Positions 1 to 9,761 of a stretch of 16,032 nucleotides of DNA are shown here, piece by piece. The stretch comes from Vitrella brassicaformis CCMP3155 (taxonomy: Eukaryota > Protista > Chromerida). The position numbers were made by a program, and so were the translations under genes. The stretch covers positions 1 to 16,032 of the forward strand of contig CDMY01000842.1 in the NCBI GenBank assembly GCA_001179505.1, in the 5' to 3' direction. Positions within the stretch are counted from its first letter, which is position 1; each line of letters starts with the position of its first letter. The notes below the pieces were generated by a model. The model did no database searches. It was not told the DNA's origin and saw nothing but the letters and a program-made list of their open reading frames with translations.

Positions 1-133
1 CAGAAACAACTTTGACTGACTGGCCAGTCCATCGGTCTTACCAAGTAAAAGCACTCTTACTCTGGGACTTACCGCCCAGCAGATCCTCTATTCAGCCAAC
101 TACAGGAAAGGTCCTCACCGGCCTTTTCGCACA
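1..133 (-). repeat. Left copy of a non-coding repeat, inverted relative to 15821-15954; runs off the window start; candidate transposable element terminus (LTR or TIR end)
   Basis: The reverse complement of 1-133 (TGTGCGAAAAGGCCGGTGAGGACC...CAAAGTTGTTTCTG) aligns to 15821-15954 with 4 substitutions and one 1-nt indel. Similarity stops abruptly at 134. The repeat is directly visible; its TE nature is inference. Confidence 0.95.
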
Positions 134-255
134 TTCTTGATGCTTTCGCGCAGATTCCTGAGTTGTTCACCGGCACGTGCCACCTGCTTGTGAAACTCGT
201 TGACGGCCTTGTACTCGCTGTAGCGGCCAGTCGCCTCGTCAATCATCTCCGACAT
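115..255 (-). pseudogene. Short ORF MSEMIDEATGRYSEYKAVNEFHKQVARAGEQLRNLRESIKN-VRKGR*, apparently the 5' end of a coiled-coil protein gene interrupted by the repeat
   Basis: GCC-ATG at 255, preceded by a typical GT-AG 5'UTR intron (396-312: CAG|GTACGT...GTGCAG). The peptide looks amphipathic and helical. The stop at 117-115 lies inside the repeat. Alternatively AAT|GTGCGA is a splice donor and the gene continues beyond the window. Confidence 0.5.
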
Positions 256-412
256 GGCCGACAGACGGGCCGATGAGGCACAGCCAAAATGTGGCGGCCA
301 AAGGTGTGATGCTGCACCAGCACACACGCGCAGGGATCTATGAATGTGGTGGATAGATATGCCTTCCTATGGCTTGGTGTGCCTCTCTCGACGTACCTGA
401 CACGCGGAGGTG

Positions 413-459
413 CGAAGGTCGGTTGGTTGGTTATTGTGTTTAGTGAGACGAAGGTCGGT
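413..459 (+). promoter_or_regulatory. 11-bp direct repeat CGAAGGTCGGT (413-423, 449-459) in the divergent intergenic region, near ATTGG and GGGCGGG motifs
   Basis: The exact repeat is seen. The regulatory role is inferred only from its position between divergent starts at 255 and 551. Confidence 0.3.
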
Positions 460-550
460 AGCTCAGCCGATTGGCGTTGTTTTCCGCGAATCACGGGGGC
501 CGCCAGGGGGCGGGCGTTTCGAGTCTCAGCAGATTCGTGCCAAGTGCGGG

Positions 551-3500
551 ATGTTGGCTTTGTTGCGCACGCAGCGCAGCCCCCGTGTGCATAGCCTGGA
601 GGGCGACAGTGTGAGAGACGGCCACAGCCGCCCCAGTGGTGTGGATGAGGCGTGCTACATCCAGCTGCCGAGAGTCGACGAGGGTGACGCTGCCGGACAG
701 CAGGCCATCCACCACACACAGACGGGCCATCCCAAGGTCACCCTGCAATGCCCGTTTTGCACCTCTGCACACACACTGACCAGCGGCTGCCTCTGACGAG
801 TGGTGTCTGTGTCTGTCTGTCCACTGCAGATGGCGTCGGCCTCGAGTGAGCACATTCCTCTGCTGCTGGACGATGGCCAAGGGCTGATGGAGCCCCAGCT
901 GCCCGACGTCACCGATGACATCACCAAGGCACCGAGACGCTTCGAGCAGGTGGGCTGGTGTCACTCGACTCTGATGAGTCTATTGGACGTCTGTGTGTCA
1001 TCTGCAGGTCCCCTTGGTGGGCGCCCCGGCCGCCGACGATTGGAAACCGACAGATGCCCTGAGAAACAGCATCAAGAAGGCCATCAATGAGTCAGATGCG
1101 GAGGGCCTGCGGAAATCCCTCGCTGGTCTGTCGCCTGAGCAAGCCGAGAAAGCCCTGACGACTGGAGAATGGAACCCATTCGTGCCAAGCACAGGCTCTG
1201 CCATCCATTATGCCATACGTATGCCTTGTCGCATCACTGCACAGACATGATGCGGAAACGCATGCCCTGTGTGTGCTCCTCAGATGTGAAGTGTAAGGAT
1301 GTGAAGGTCTTTGAGGTGTTGCTGCACAACCGACGCCAACTGCTCAACCTGAAATCTGGGGTATCATGCTGGGATGCTCATTGGTGACGTCTTCACTGTT
1401 GCCTTCGATGATTCAGTATGGCAATTCGCCTCTTCAATTGGCAGCAATGAGCGGGTCAGTCGGTGTTGTGGAGAAACTTGTCGAGTTGGGTGGAAAGGAA
1501 TTGCTGGAAGCTCGCGACGAGGTAAGGAAAGTGGTGGCTGAAACAGCGTGTGTCTTGTTCATGCTCTGATTCAGAATGGGGAGACGCCCCTTCATTGGGC
1601 CGCATGTCAGTCACTCCTGCAAATGGCGGCCACACAAGTACATGAGTCCTTAACGTGTCTCTTTGCCCTCTCCTGCAGTAAAGGGCAATGTCGCTGTGGT
1701 GAAGTGGATGCTGAAGGTGAACCCGCAGCTGCTGAAGACCAAAGCCAACGTAGGCTGCACTGCACGCATCGAACCATGTGCTCTAATGTCCATCCTCATG
1801 ACTCTGACAGCATGAAAAGACGCCTCTCGACCGTGCCCTCGAGCCTTTTGATTCTGAATACGAAACAAGAGAACCGAAAGTCGTCGCTGCGATGCTTGCC
1901 GTGGCTGGAGGTGTGGTCATCGAGCTGCTCGAGACAGATAAGGAGCGTCTCAACAAGATGTTGCAGCCAGAGGTTTTTCCCACAGCCGCTCCCTTTGTGG
2001 GTCGCGGCATTGGAGAGCGCCGGAGACAATCCGATTCGCTGGCCGTCGACAGTCTCCGCTGGTGCTCTACCTTCCGTGGACTGATTAAGACCCGACAGAA
2101 AGACTCCCTCACAGAGTGAGCTTGAACAGCGGACCAGAGCACGGCAACGCGGTGACTTTGAGAAGACAGCAGGCTGGATGGAAGTAGACAATCCCTAACA
2201 CACACACGGCATCTTCAACTTGTGCATCTAATTATTGAATCGGTTCAGGCGCTCACAGCCAACTTCTGCAGCGATACCATGTCCCAGGACTTTAAACAGT
2301 CACTTCAGGGCAGAACGAGAGAGTGGTTTGCGCTGCTTTACTGTCGTCACTCAAGGTAAAACGCACAAGAGATTTGCGCCTCTCCTGCTGTTGCTGTCTG
2401 CCGTTGATGTCTTCTCCTGCTGTTGCGAGTGATTGCAAAAGCCAACTGCATCTCCCTCGTCGAACACTATTGGCAACCACCACGTGATGGAGAGCCGAAA
2501 ATTCAGCTGTCGCCCCGCGATGTCTTCATAACCCGCGTGCTGTCAATGCTGCTCATGTGAGACGGCAGCTATGGACCACGACGAAGGCAGAGAGACATCG
2601 TGTCTCTATCTGTATGTTGCAGGGTCGCCTTTGTGATGCTCCACATCGAATCGATCAAGGGAGACAGCGGCGTGATGATGACGTGGGGGTGGCCGTCGGT
2701 GTGGCCGTCGATGTGGCTGTGGGGAGCAGTTCTGACGGGCTGCGGCTTTATCCTTCTGGAGGTCTTCCAGGTAAGAAAGACGAGGGGATACACGCCTGAC
2801 TGATCAACAACAGATCAAAAACGACATGTGTCCTCGTCTGTGTGCGTGTGCAGGGCATCCGGCTGAAGGCAGCGTACTGGGAGGACTCATGGTATGCGTC
2901 ATGCTTCGTCCTGCCAGATTCATCCCTGTGCTGTCGGTGTGTGTTGACGTGCATTAATTTAGGAACATCATAGATACTTCGGGCGCCGTGTCGATCGCTG
3001 TCTTCACTGCCATTCACTTCATTGGCTGGTCCTCAGAAGCAGAGGTCGGCTCAGCAATTCTGGTCGCTCTGCTCTTTGCGCTGCGCCTCCTCCAAACCGC
3101 CAGCCTGCACCCAATTGTTGGACCTCTCATACTGTCAGCGAGAGAGACAGCGACAGACACACACAGACACACAGAGAGGTGTCTTATGCTGTGTGTGACG
3201 GGTGTGTGTCAGAGCGGTGATGAGGATGTTTTCGGACATCAGCATGTTTCTGTGTCTGTACGTCTACATCCTGCTGGTCTTCGCGGGCGTCTTCACCGTC
3301 CTCTCGTCCGACGAGGACCACCAGGACTTCGGCTCCTTCCCCAAAGCCACACTCACTCTGTGCGCATGGGACCTCATGAGAAGACACAGAGGAAAGAGAC
3401 ACCTGCCCCTCTCCGTTTCGTTGTGTTGTGCAGTTTCTATGCCGGACAGGGCGACTTTAGTGACGCGCTGACCAACGCCATAGAGAGCCACGACACGCTG

Positions 3501-4750
3501 GGCACCATCCTGCTCTTCACTTACGTCATCCTCTCGTCCATCATACTCGTACGTCGGCACCACTCGCCCAGTCACCAACACACAAGAAGACCCTCCCTTT
3601 CTTGTCTGTCTGCCGGTGTGCATCAACAGCTCAACCTCCTCATTGCCATCATGGTGAGACAGACGAGAGACACACACAGACGAGACATTAAACGGGCCAC
3701 GAAATTGTTCAATGCTCCTGTATGCGTGTCTGTCTGTCTGTCTGTGGCAGGCGTCGACGTATGCGGCCATCGAGGAGACACAGACAGCACAATACCAGTA
3801 AGTCAAGAGGAAACAGATAGGTGACAGCAAGGGACGCCAACGATACATTTGCCAATGAGTGCAGGCTGCTGCGTATTCGCGTGTTGAACGAGTACCTCAC
3901 AATGCCTCGCCACGAGCGCCTTCCGCCGCCATTCAACCTCATCGGTAGGTGCCACAAGAGACATGAGCTGCATCTTCAATCGCATGTGGGCATCTGTGTC
4001 TGTGCAGCTTTGGTCGTGTCGGTGCCCTTGCGGCATCTCGCCTCCCACATCAGTGGACAACGGCGACGGCAGTCGGCACTCTGCTGCATTGTCTACTGGT
4101 TGATGAAGGCCGTCTACAGCACCGTCGATGCGCTCCTGTACTCTGTCGCCTTCACACCCGTGGCCATCTACGGAGTGCTGGGGCTACTCCAACGACAGAT
4201 ACGCGAGGGAAAGTATCGGGCGGTACTGACCATAATCGTTGGCATCCTTGTGATGCCCGTTAATCTTCTGTGCGCATACGCCCAGCATGTGAGGGTGAAA
4301 AGACACGTGAGATGAGACAAGCAATGACCACGCCTCACTTCTTTGGCGTGGTCGGGTAGGAATCGCTGTTCACTTCTGACGCCACCGAAACTGAAAATTC
4401 GTGGATGGCTCATGAGAGGCGCGAAGCGCGGGACAAAATCAAGGACAGCATCGACAAGTGGATTGAGGCGGCAGATCATCATGACTCTAACTCCCCTGAC
4501 GTCATGGCAGGTGAGACACGGACGAAGCCACGGCCACACAGGCAAACAGACAGCACATCGCAGGAGTGAAGAGGCTGTGTTTTATTTGTCCTCGCCTTAA
4601 CTTATTTTTCTTTTTCTCTCGACGGTCCCAGTTGTGCAACAAATCGACAATCGACTCACGGAGATTGACAGACGACAAGACGCCCGGCACACGCAGATGG
4701 AGAAGCGACTGACGGAAATGAAGACATACATCAGGGCGAGGATCAAATAG
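551..4750 (+). CDS. Ankyrin-repeat TRP-family cation channel, about 20 exons; exon phase uncertain at ~2060-2430
   Basis: In-phase exons 551-736, 830-949, 1008-1218, 1284-1360, 1417-1521, 1575-1605, 1679-1749 and 1811 onward give ankyrin repeats (YGNSPLQLAAMSG, NGETPLHWAALKG, HEKTPLD). These are followed by pre-S1 IAKANCISLVEHYW, S2-S3 YWEDSWNIID, S4-S5 linker LHPIVGPLILAVMRMFSD, pore FYAGQGDF, S6 LNLLIAIM, TRP-domain LPPPFNLI, and a C-terminal coiled coil ending in TAG at 4748-4750. Confidence 0.9.
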
Positions 4751-4791
4751 GCGGCGTGGGACAGCAACTGACTGCAAGGCCTCAGCTCTGC

Positions 4792-4838
4792 GTGGCTCCT
4801 GCCAGTGCAGTGGCTCCTGCCAGTGCAGTGGCTCCTGC
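4792..4838 (+). repeat. Tandem repeat, 18-bp unit GTGGCTCCTGCCAGTGCA x 2.6, in the probable 3'UTR of the TRP gene
   Basis: Exact copies at 4792-4809 and 4810-4827, partial copy at 4828-4838. Confidence 0.9.
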
Positions 4839-5497
4839 TTGAATGAAACAGGATCGACTGCACGGCCTCTAGATGAAAAAGATACACCAATCGTGATGGA
4901 TATTCCGTGCAGACATCAATTGCCGGCGTGCCTCAATCCGTGTGACAGCTGCCTTCGATTACGTGTGACAATTACGTGTGACACGTACAGTCGCTATCAG
5001 AACAACCTGCACAGCCAAGGCTGACACACGTCAATTTCGACTGAGTGCACATCACTGAGAGGCACCATTGAGGCTCTCAATCACGCCCCATAGTCTCACA
5101 CACTGCATGGAGACGTATGTACACTCTGTGTACACTAAGCAATCAGTGCCGATTCAGCCCACCTTCGATTTTCTGGGGAGTGTTCCCTGGTTACATGTGT
5201 ATTATGTGCGTGTGTGAGTTTCCCTGCAAAAGCTGTGAATGTTATACTTGTGTCACCCAGGTCACTTCTCCTGTTCTAGCACAACTCGGTCGCTAACATC
5301 ATCGTCATTGATGGGCAGACACCAAGCACGATAGAGCACCATTGACACCCAGCCCGCAGCCAACATATGCAGAGCAGCCGATGTCTCAGAGCAGCCACTT
5401 CAGCAACCAACTGCCCCACAGCGACACACACATCCCTCCGTTCCTCTTCCCCTCCACCCACCCACAAGGCACCTAACGGCCACTCACCGAATGGCAT

Positions 5498-7275
5498 TCA
5501 TCCACGGGTTACATGGACATACCTCACTGTGCCACTGCCACCCACATCTTTGGGCACAATAAGCCGATATGTTTCGCCCTGACGCATCAAGAGAAGCACT
5601 TCACCCAACCATGTCGGCTGAGAAGCTGCACTCGTAGAGAGTCTCCTGTGGAGTACTTTAGCGTTGCCATCGAACGCATCACGCCACTCGGTCCAGGTGA
5701 TCGGTACTTGCTGATCGGCAGAAGGTGTGCTCCCCGTACCCTGCTGCACCACCTTGTACTGCACTCCCGACGGCAATCGCTTGAAGACATCACTGAGCAA
5801 TGACAGACAAGACAGCGAGTGAGGACAGACGCCAGTGCGCTCTGTGCTGTCGGTATCTTACAGTGGCTGCTGCCCGGGTGTTGTCTGCCCGAGGCCACCG
5901 CTGAACGATCAAGAATGCAGAGAATCAGCACGCGATTGTCGGTCCTTCCGCGTCGTCTAAGACTCACAATGTCTGATGTGCTTTGCTGGCTTTGGGGCTC
6001 TCGTCGGTGAGGCCGTACATAAACGCATTGATGTCGAACGCATCCTGCTCAGTGGGATCGGCCATTTTGAGCACCACAGCCATCTCAGCCGCCGACGCGC
6101 CAAGCCGTTTACGGCGGTAGTGATCGACCATACGGCTGACGTGGTCGGCCTGGACATCCTCCACTGGACGAGACCACCTGCGCACCAAACACAAAGCAGC
6201 GATGGACCGTCGTGCGTATTGAGTATCTGTCTGGTGCTTACATGTCAACGCGGTTCCGAAGTTTGTCGCTCATTTCGTCGACGGTGGACTGTGTGGTGCT
6301 GATTTTCTCTCCACAAACCTCCACCGAGCGAATCGATTCGTTGCCACTCACAGGTCGCAGAAACGGTGTGACGGCCTGATCCACACATACAGGAAGAGCA
6401 TCGGACTATATGTAGCTCGTCCTCTTGCCGCTGCTTTCTGATGCTCACCTTGATTTCGTTGTCGAGGTTTTCGCCTCGTCGTTTGGCGGCCGCTAGCTCA
6501 CCCTCCAGCCGGGCCTCCTCTGCAGCAAAAGCCTTGACGAAGCTGTCGACCACTTTCATGAAGTCAGCGAGGCTCTTGGGAGTCCCAGTGGACGACACCG
6601 TCGGCTCAATGATGGTACCAGCGGTCCCTGCAGCAGTCGAGTCGATTGGTGACAGCATCAACTTGATCCAGTAATCGTGAAGCCCTGCGTGAACATACCG
6701 CACACACACAGAGAGAGAGAGAGAGAGAGATGTGGACAAATGAACAAGGAAACCTCTCCCTCTCACTTTGTTCACTCACCAGTGAAGTTGCGCCTTCTTG
6801 CGTCTTCGAGCAGGTGGCTGATGGAGGCCTGCGTGTCAGCCGTCCGGACGGTGGCGCTTCGGATAGTTTCGGCAGCCAAGATGGCCGTGTGGATGACCTT
6901 GAAGGCGGCCGAATCCACATCGACGAACATGCGCTCTTTCTTGTCCCTGTCGGTGAGCTTGATGAAACGGCCGTCACAGCTCCCACCGAACAGAGTGGCC
7001 AGCAGGGTCCCCTCGACGCCCCCTCCTTGCGTGAGGCGCTGACGCTTCACTCTCAGCTCGTAACCGCCCACATCGAGCAGCAGCACGTCGCCAGGCGAGG
7101 CCTTTGCCGCATCTGAGGCGCCGTGTTTCTGCCGCTCTTGCTGGGCGTCATTGTCAGCTTGTTTGATTTGTTTATGAAGGGATTCGATGGCGTCGCTGGC
7201 CTTGGTCGTGGGAACGTGGAGTTGGTTGAAAATGGAGATGACGCTGAATTTCTGGGCTGACAGCTCGGCCTGCAT
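5498..7275 (-). CDS. BTB/POZ (KCTD/T1-like) - coiled coil - second BTB-like segment - degenerate FKBP-type domain protein, ~469 aa, 6 exons
   Basis: Exons 7275-6780, 6684-6449, 6375-6242, 6177-5968, 5900-5862 and 5792-5498 are all GT-AG and in phase. BTB-like motif LLLDVGG...TLLATLFGG...RMFVDVDSAAFKVI. FKBP-like LPSGVQYKVVQQGTG...P...V and WLGEVLLLMRQGETYRLIVP. A probable 5'UTR intron lies just upstream of the ATG. Confidence 0.8.
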
Positions 7276-7566
7276 CTTCGGTATGAGTCACCAAACGTCG
7301 CTGCATCAGCAGCACACACATACAAAAGTCGATTTATCGGCAGATCTGCGTCCTTTGTCGTGATGTAGCACTCCTTGACCCACCTCATGCTCGCCCCTGG
7401 TGCTCTTTCGCCTAGCCTCTTGCCGGAGGATGGGAAGCTCGCATTTGGATCGCGCTACCCATCCCCTCTGTGCGTCGTGTGAGATGTGAGCCACGTGAAA
7501 CACTGCACAAGGGAAAGCAAAAAAGACTGAGGCCAATGCTTTTCTTCTCTGCCTGACTTCAGTGTG

Positions 7567-8365
7567 ATGATGAGCGACCGCGTTGTCGGCCTCTTCGACG
7601 GTCATTTTGTGTATGAGGATGGCCACGGAGGCTATGAGATGGACGTGCAGGGGGAGCGCCGGGCCATCTTGCCTGCCTTTTACCAGCAGATCAAGCTGTG
7701 CTTTGGTGACCCCGAGAACAGCAGCAGCCACCAGCCCAACCAAGAATGGTATGTTCCACAAGATGCGCAGAGAAGGGGAGAGTCGGTTAACTGAGTGTAC
7801 ATATGTGTGTGTTTTGTTCTCGCTGTCAGTGCTGACGCGCCGAAGATCCCTCGTGAAGCCAGGTAACCGCAGCAAAGACATCATGCACGCATTTCTGTAT
7901 CCTCTCTCTCTGTGTGTGCGTGTGTATTTTGTCAGCGGTGAGTCGGTGCCCCACCGCCAGCGCGTGACTTCATCCTCACCTTCACCTGTAGCAGCAGCAG
8001 CAGCAGCAGCAATGGCGGCGATGAGACGGAAAGAGCCCATCGAAGTGACGGACCTCGGCGTGCAGCACCAGGTTGTGCAGCAGGGCGCCGGCCGCCAGCC
8101 GACCGCCAACGATCGAGTGACCTTCGACATCACCATGTGGGAGGACAAAATCCACGGCGGCATCAAGACGGTGGAGTGCCATGGCGTGACGTGTGCCGTG
8201 AGCGACGGGCTGCTGTGCGACTGGCAGAGGGAGGCGGTGCTGCTCATGTCTGCGGGGGAGGTGCGGCACCTCACTGTGCCGCCAGAGGTGCAGGAATGGG
8301 TGCTGCGGGACAAGCGGATGGGATATGCCGAGATGAGGCTGGTGGCCATCCATGGTGAGGATTAG
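7567..8365 (+). CDS. Protein with a C-terminal degenerate FKBP-type domain, ~214 aa, 3 exons
   Basis: Exons 7567-7748, 7830-7862 and 7936-8365 are in phase. The C-terminus GVQHQVVQQGAGRQPTANDRVTF...WQREAVLLMSAGEVRHLTVP...YAEMRLVAI follows the Mip/FkpA-type FKBP pattern. A poly-Ala (GCA)7 linker precedes it. Confidence 0.75.
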
Positions 8366-8912
8366 TCGGCTGTCGATCTGTGTAGAGAGGGGGGGCTCAT
8401 AGGGGAGCTGGGTGGGCGGTTTGTGTGCGGGTCGCTGATCGTTCGAACGTGGTGTGTGGTGGGGTAGCCGCCTTGTTTGATAGCTATGGTTGCATGTCTG
8501 ACGGTTTTCACCCATGGATGGATTGTCACGTCGCTGGTTTGTGTGTGTGTGTGTGTGTGTACAGAGGCGAATGGGACTCATCTTTGTGCAATAATTCCAA
8601 ATGCCTGTTCGGATCCCAAGATGCATTCATCATCATGTTGCAATCAATGCAGTCGATCACATCAGAGTCTCACACACATGAACCCACACATGAGTCCTTC
8701 GTGTGCATCCATCTGTCGAGAGAGGATGGCGGAATGAGCCAACTAGCCGGAAAGAGAGACAGGGATGACGGTGGAATACTAGAAATGATGGGATTGTTTC
8801 GAGCCCTTTCTGCACTTGTCTGTGTGTCCCTTAGGCGGATCTACGCACACCTACGCGCACTCTACGCCCCACCCTCGGTGGTATATCTGTCTGTCGTCTG
8901 TGTGTGATAGAG

Positions 8913-9688
8913 TCAGTCGTCCTCCTCCTCGGCTCCCGTGCTCGCGTCCTCCATCTCCGCATCGCTCTCGTCGCTCTCCTCGTCGTCCGATGGCTCCTCG
9001 TCGGTGTACACCTCCACCTTGAGGCTGCTGTCGACGGCCTCCTCGAGATCGGAGGACCTGCATGCAAGGGAAAAAGCATTGCATGGGCACTCGTCAGGTG
9101 CATCGACGCATTCCTGTGTGTCTTTTTGCGGCGTGTGATGGATGTCTTACTCGAACCTGTCGATATGCTTTTGATCCAAGTCGAACGGTCCCGCAATCAT
9201 CTCCCCGCGCCTGCCGTTGCCCTTCTTCTCCCACAGGGTGGCCTGGAGGAGGGTTTGCTTGTTGGTGGTGCCCCTGACGACCACCTCGCCCTTCCGCCAC
9301 TCATCCCGCCGCCCTCCCCGAACCACCAGGCCTTCCCCGGCCTCGCCGGGAACGCCCGTGTCACCGACATGTCGCGGCGGTCAGGTACGTCTGCTGGGGG
9401 TCTGCAGCTTTCAGTCCGTCTGCATTCGCGGTCCTTCGGTTCGCAGGTGCTGTGAGAGAACTTGTTGTCCGTTTCCTTTTCGACGCCCACGATTTCTGGG
9501 GCTGGGGGTGGGGGCTGAGACTGCGTTCCTTCCGCGCTTTGCAGATGGCGTTTTTCGCTGCAGAGAATGGCCTTCTTGATAATCCTCTCGTACATGCGTG
9601 CAAAGTTGGTGTGCATGCGCTGTTGAAAAGGTGCGCGAGCTTCCAGGGATCGCTGAGCGGGCGAGAGGAGGGAATTGTTCCTGCGCAT
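8913..9688 (-). CDS. Hypothetical protein with a highly acidic C-terminal tail; 5' structure unresolved (frame discontinuity near 9340-9385)
   Basis: The last exon (9057-8913) encodes SSDLEEAVDSSLKVEVYTDEEPSDDEESDESDAEMEDASTGAEEEDD*. A GT-AG intron (9150-9058) precedes it. The upstream coding-like frame GDTGVPGEAGEG...EWRKGEVVVRGTTNKQTLLQATLWEKK...FDLDQKHIDRFE is bounded by TGA at 9383-9381. The start coordinate is only a tentative ATG. Confidence 0.55.
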
Positions 9689-9761
9689 CCCGCTGGGCCC
9701 GTCACTTGCACCATGTGAGGTCGGTCCGGCATCGCATCTGACACGGCGATAGCGTGTAGCA

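Noticed and set aside
60-133. Resemblance of the repeat to U1 (ACTTACC) or U2 (CGGCCTTTT) snRNA, or to a hammerhead ribozyme (CTGATAA, GAAAC)
   Set aside because: Only 7-9-nt matches. There is no Sm site or other snRNA signature, and the hammerhead core elements are imperfect and on different strands.
3-140. Open frame ETTLTDWPVHRSYQVKALLLWDL… across the left repeat copy
   Set aside because: About 45 open codons in one of six frames is expected by chance. The frame is broken in the right copy and resembles no family I recognise.
4792-4838. CRISPR-like repeat
   Set aside because: The units are contiguous with no spacers, there are only 2.6 copies, and the context is eukaryotic with no cas genes.
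5281-5303. Gapped ~21-nt similarity (minus strand) to 7565-7586 (GATGATG..AGCGACCG.GTTGT)
   Set aside because: With one gap and one mismatch it is near chance expectation for a 16-kb self-comparison, and it does not extend.
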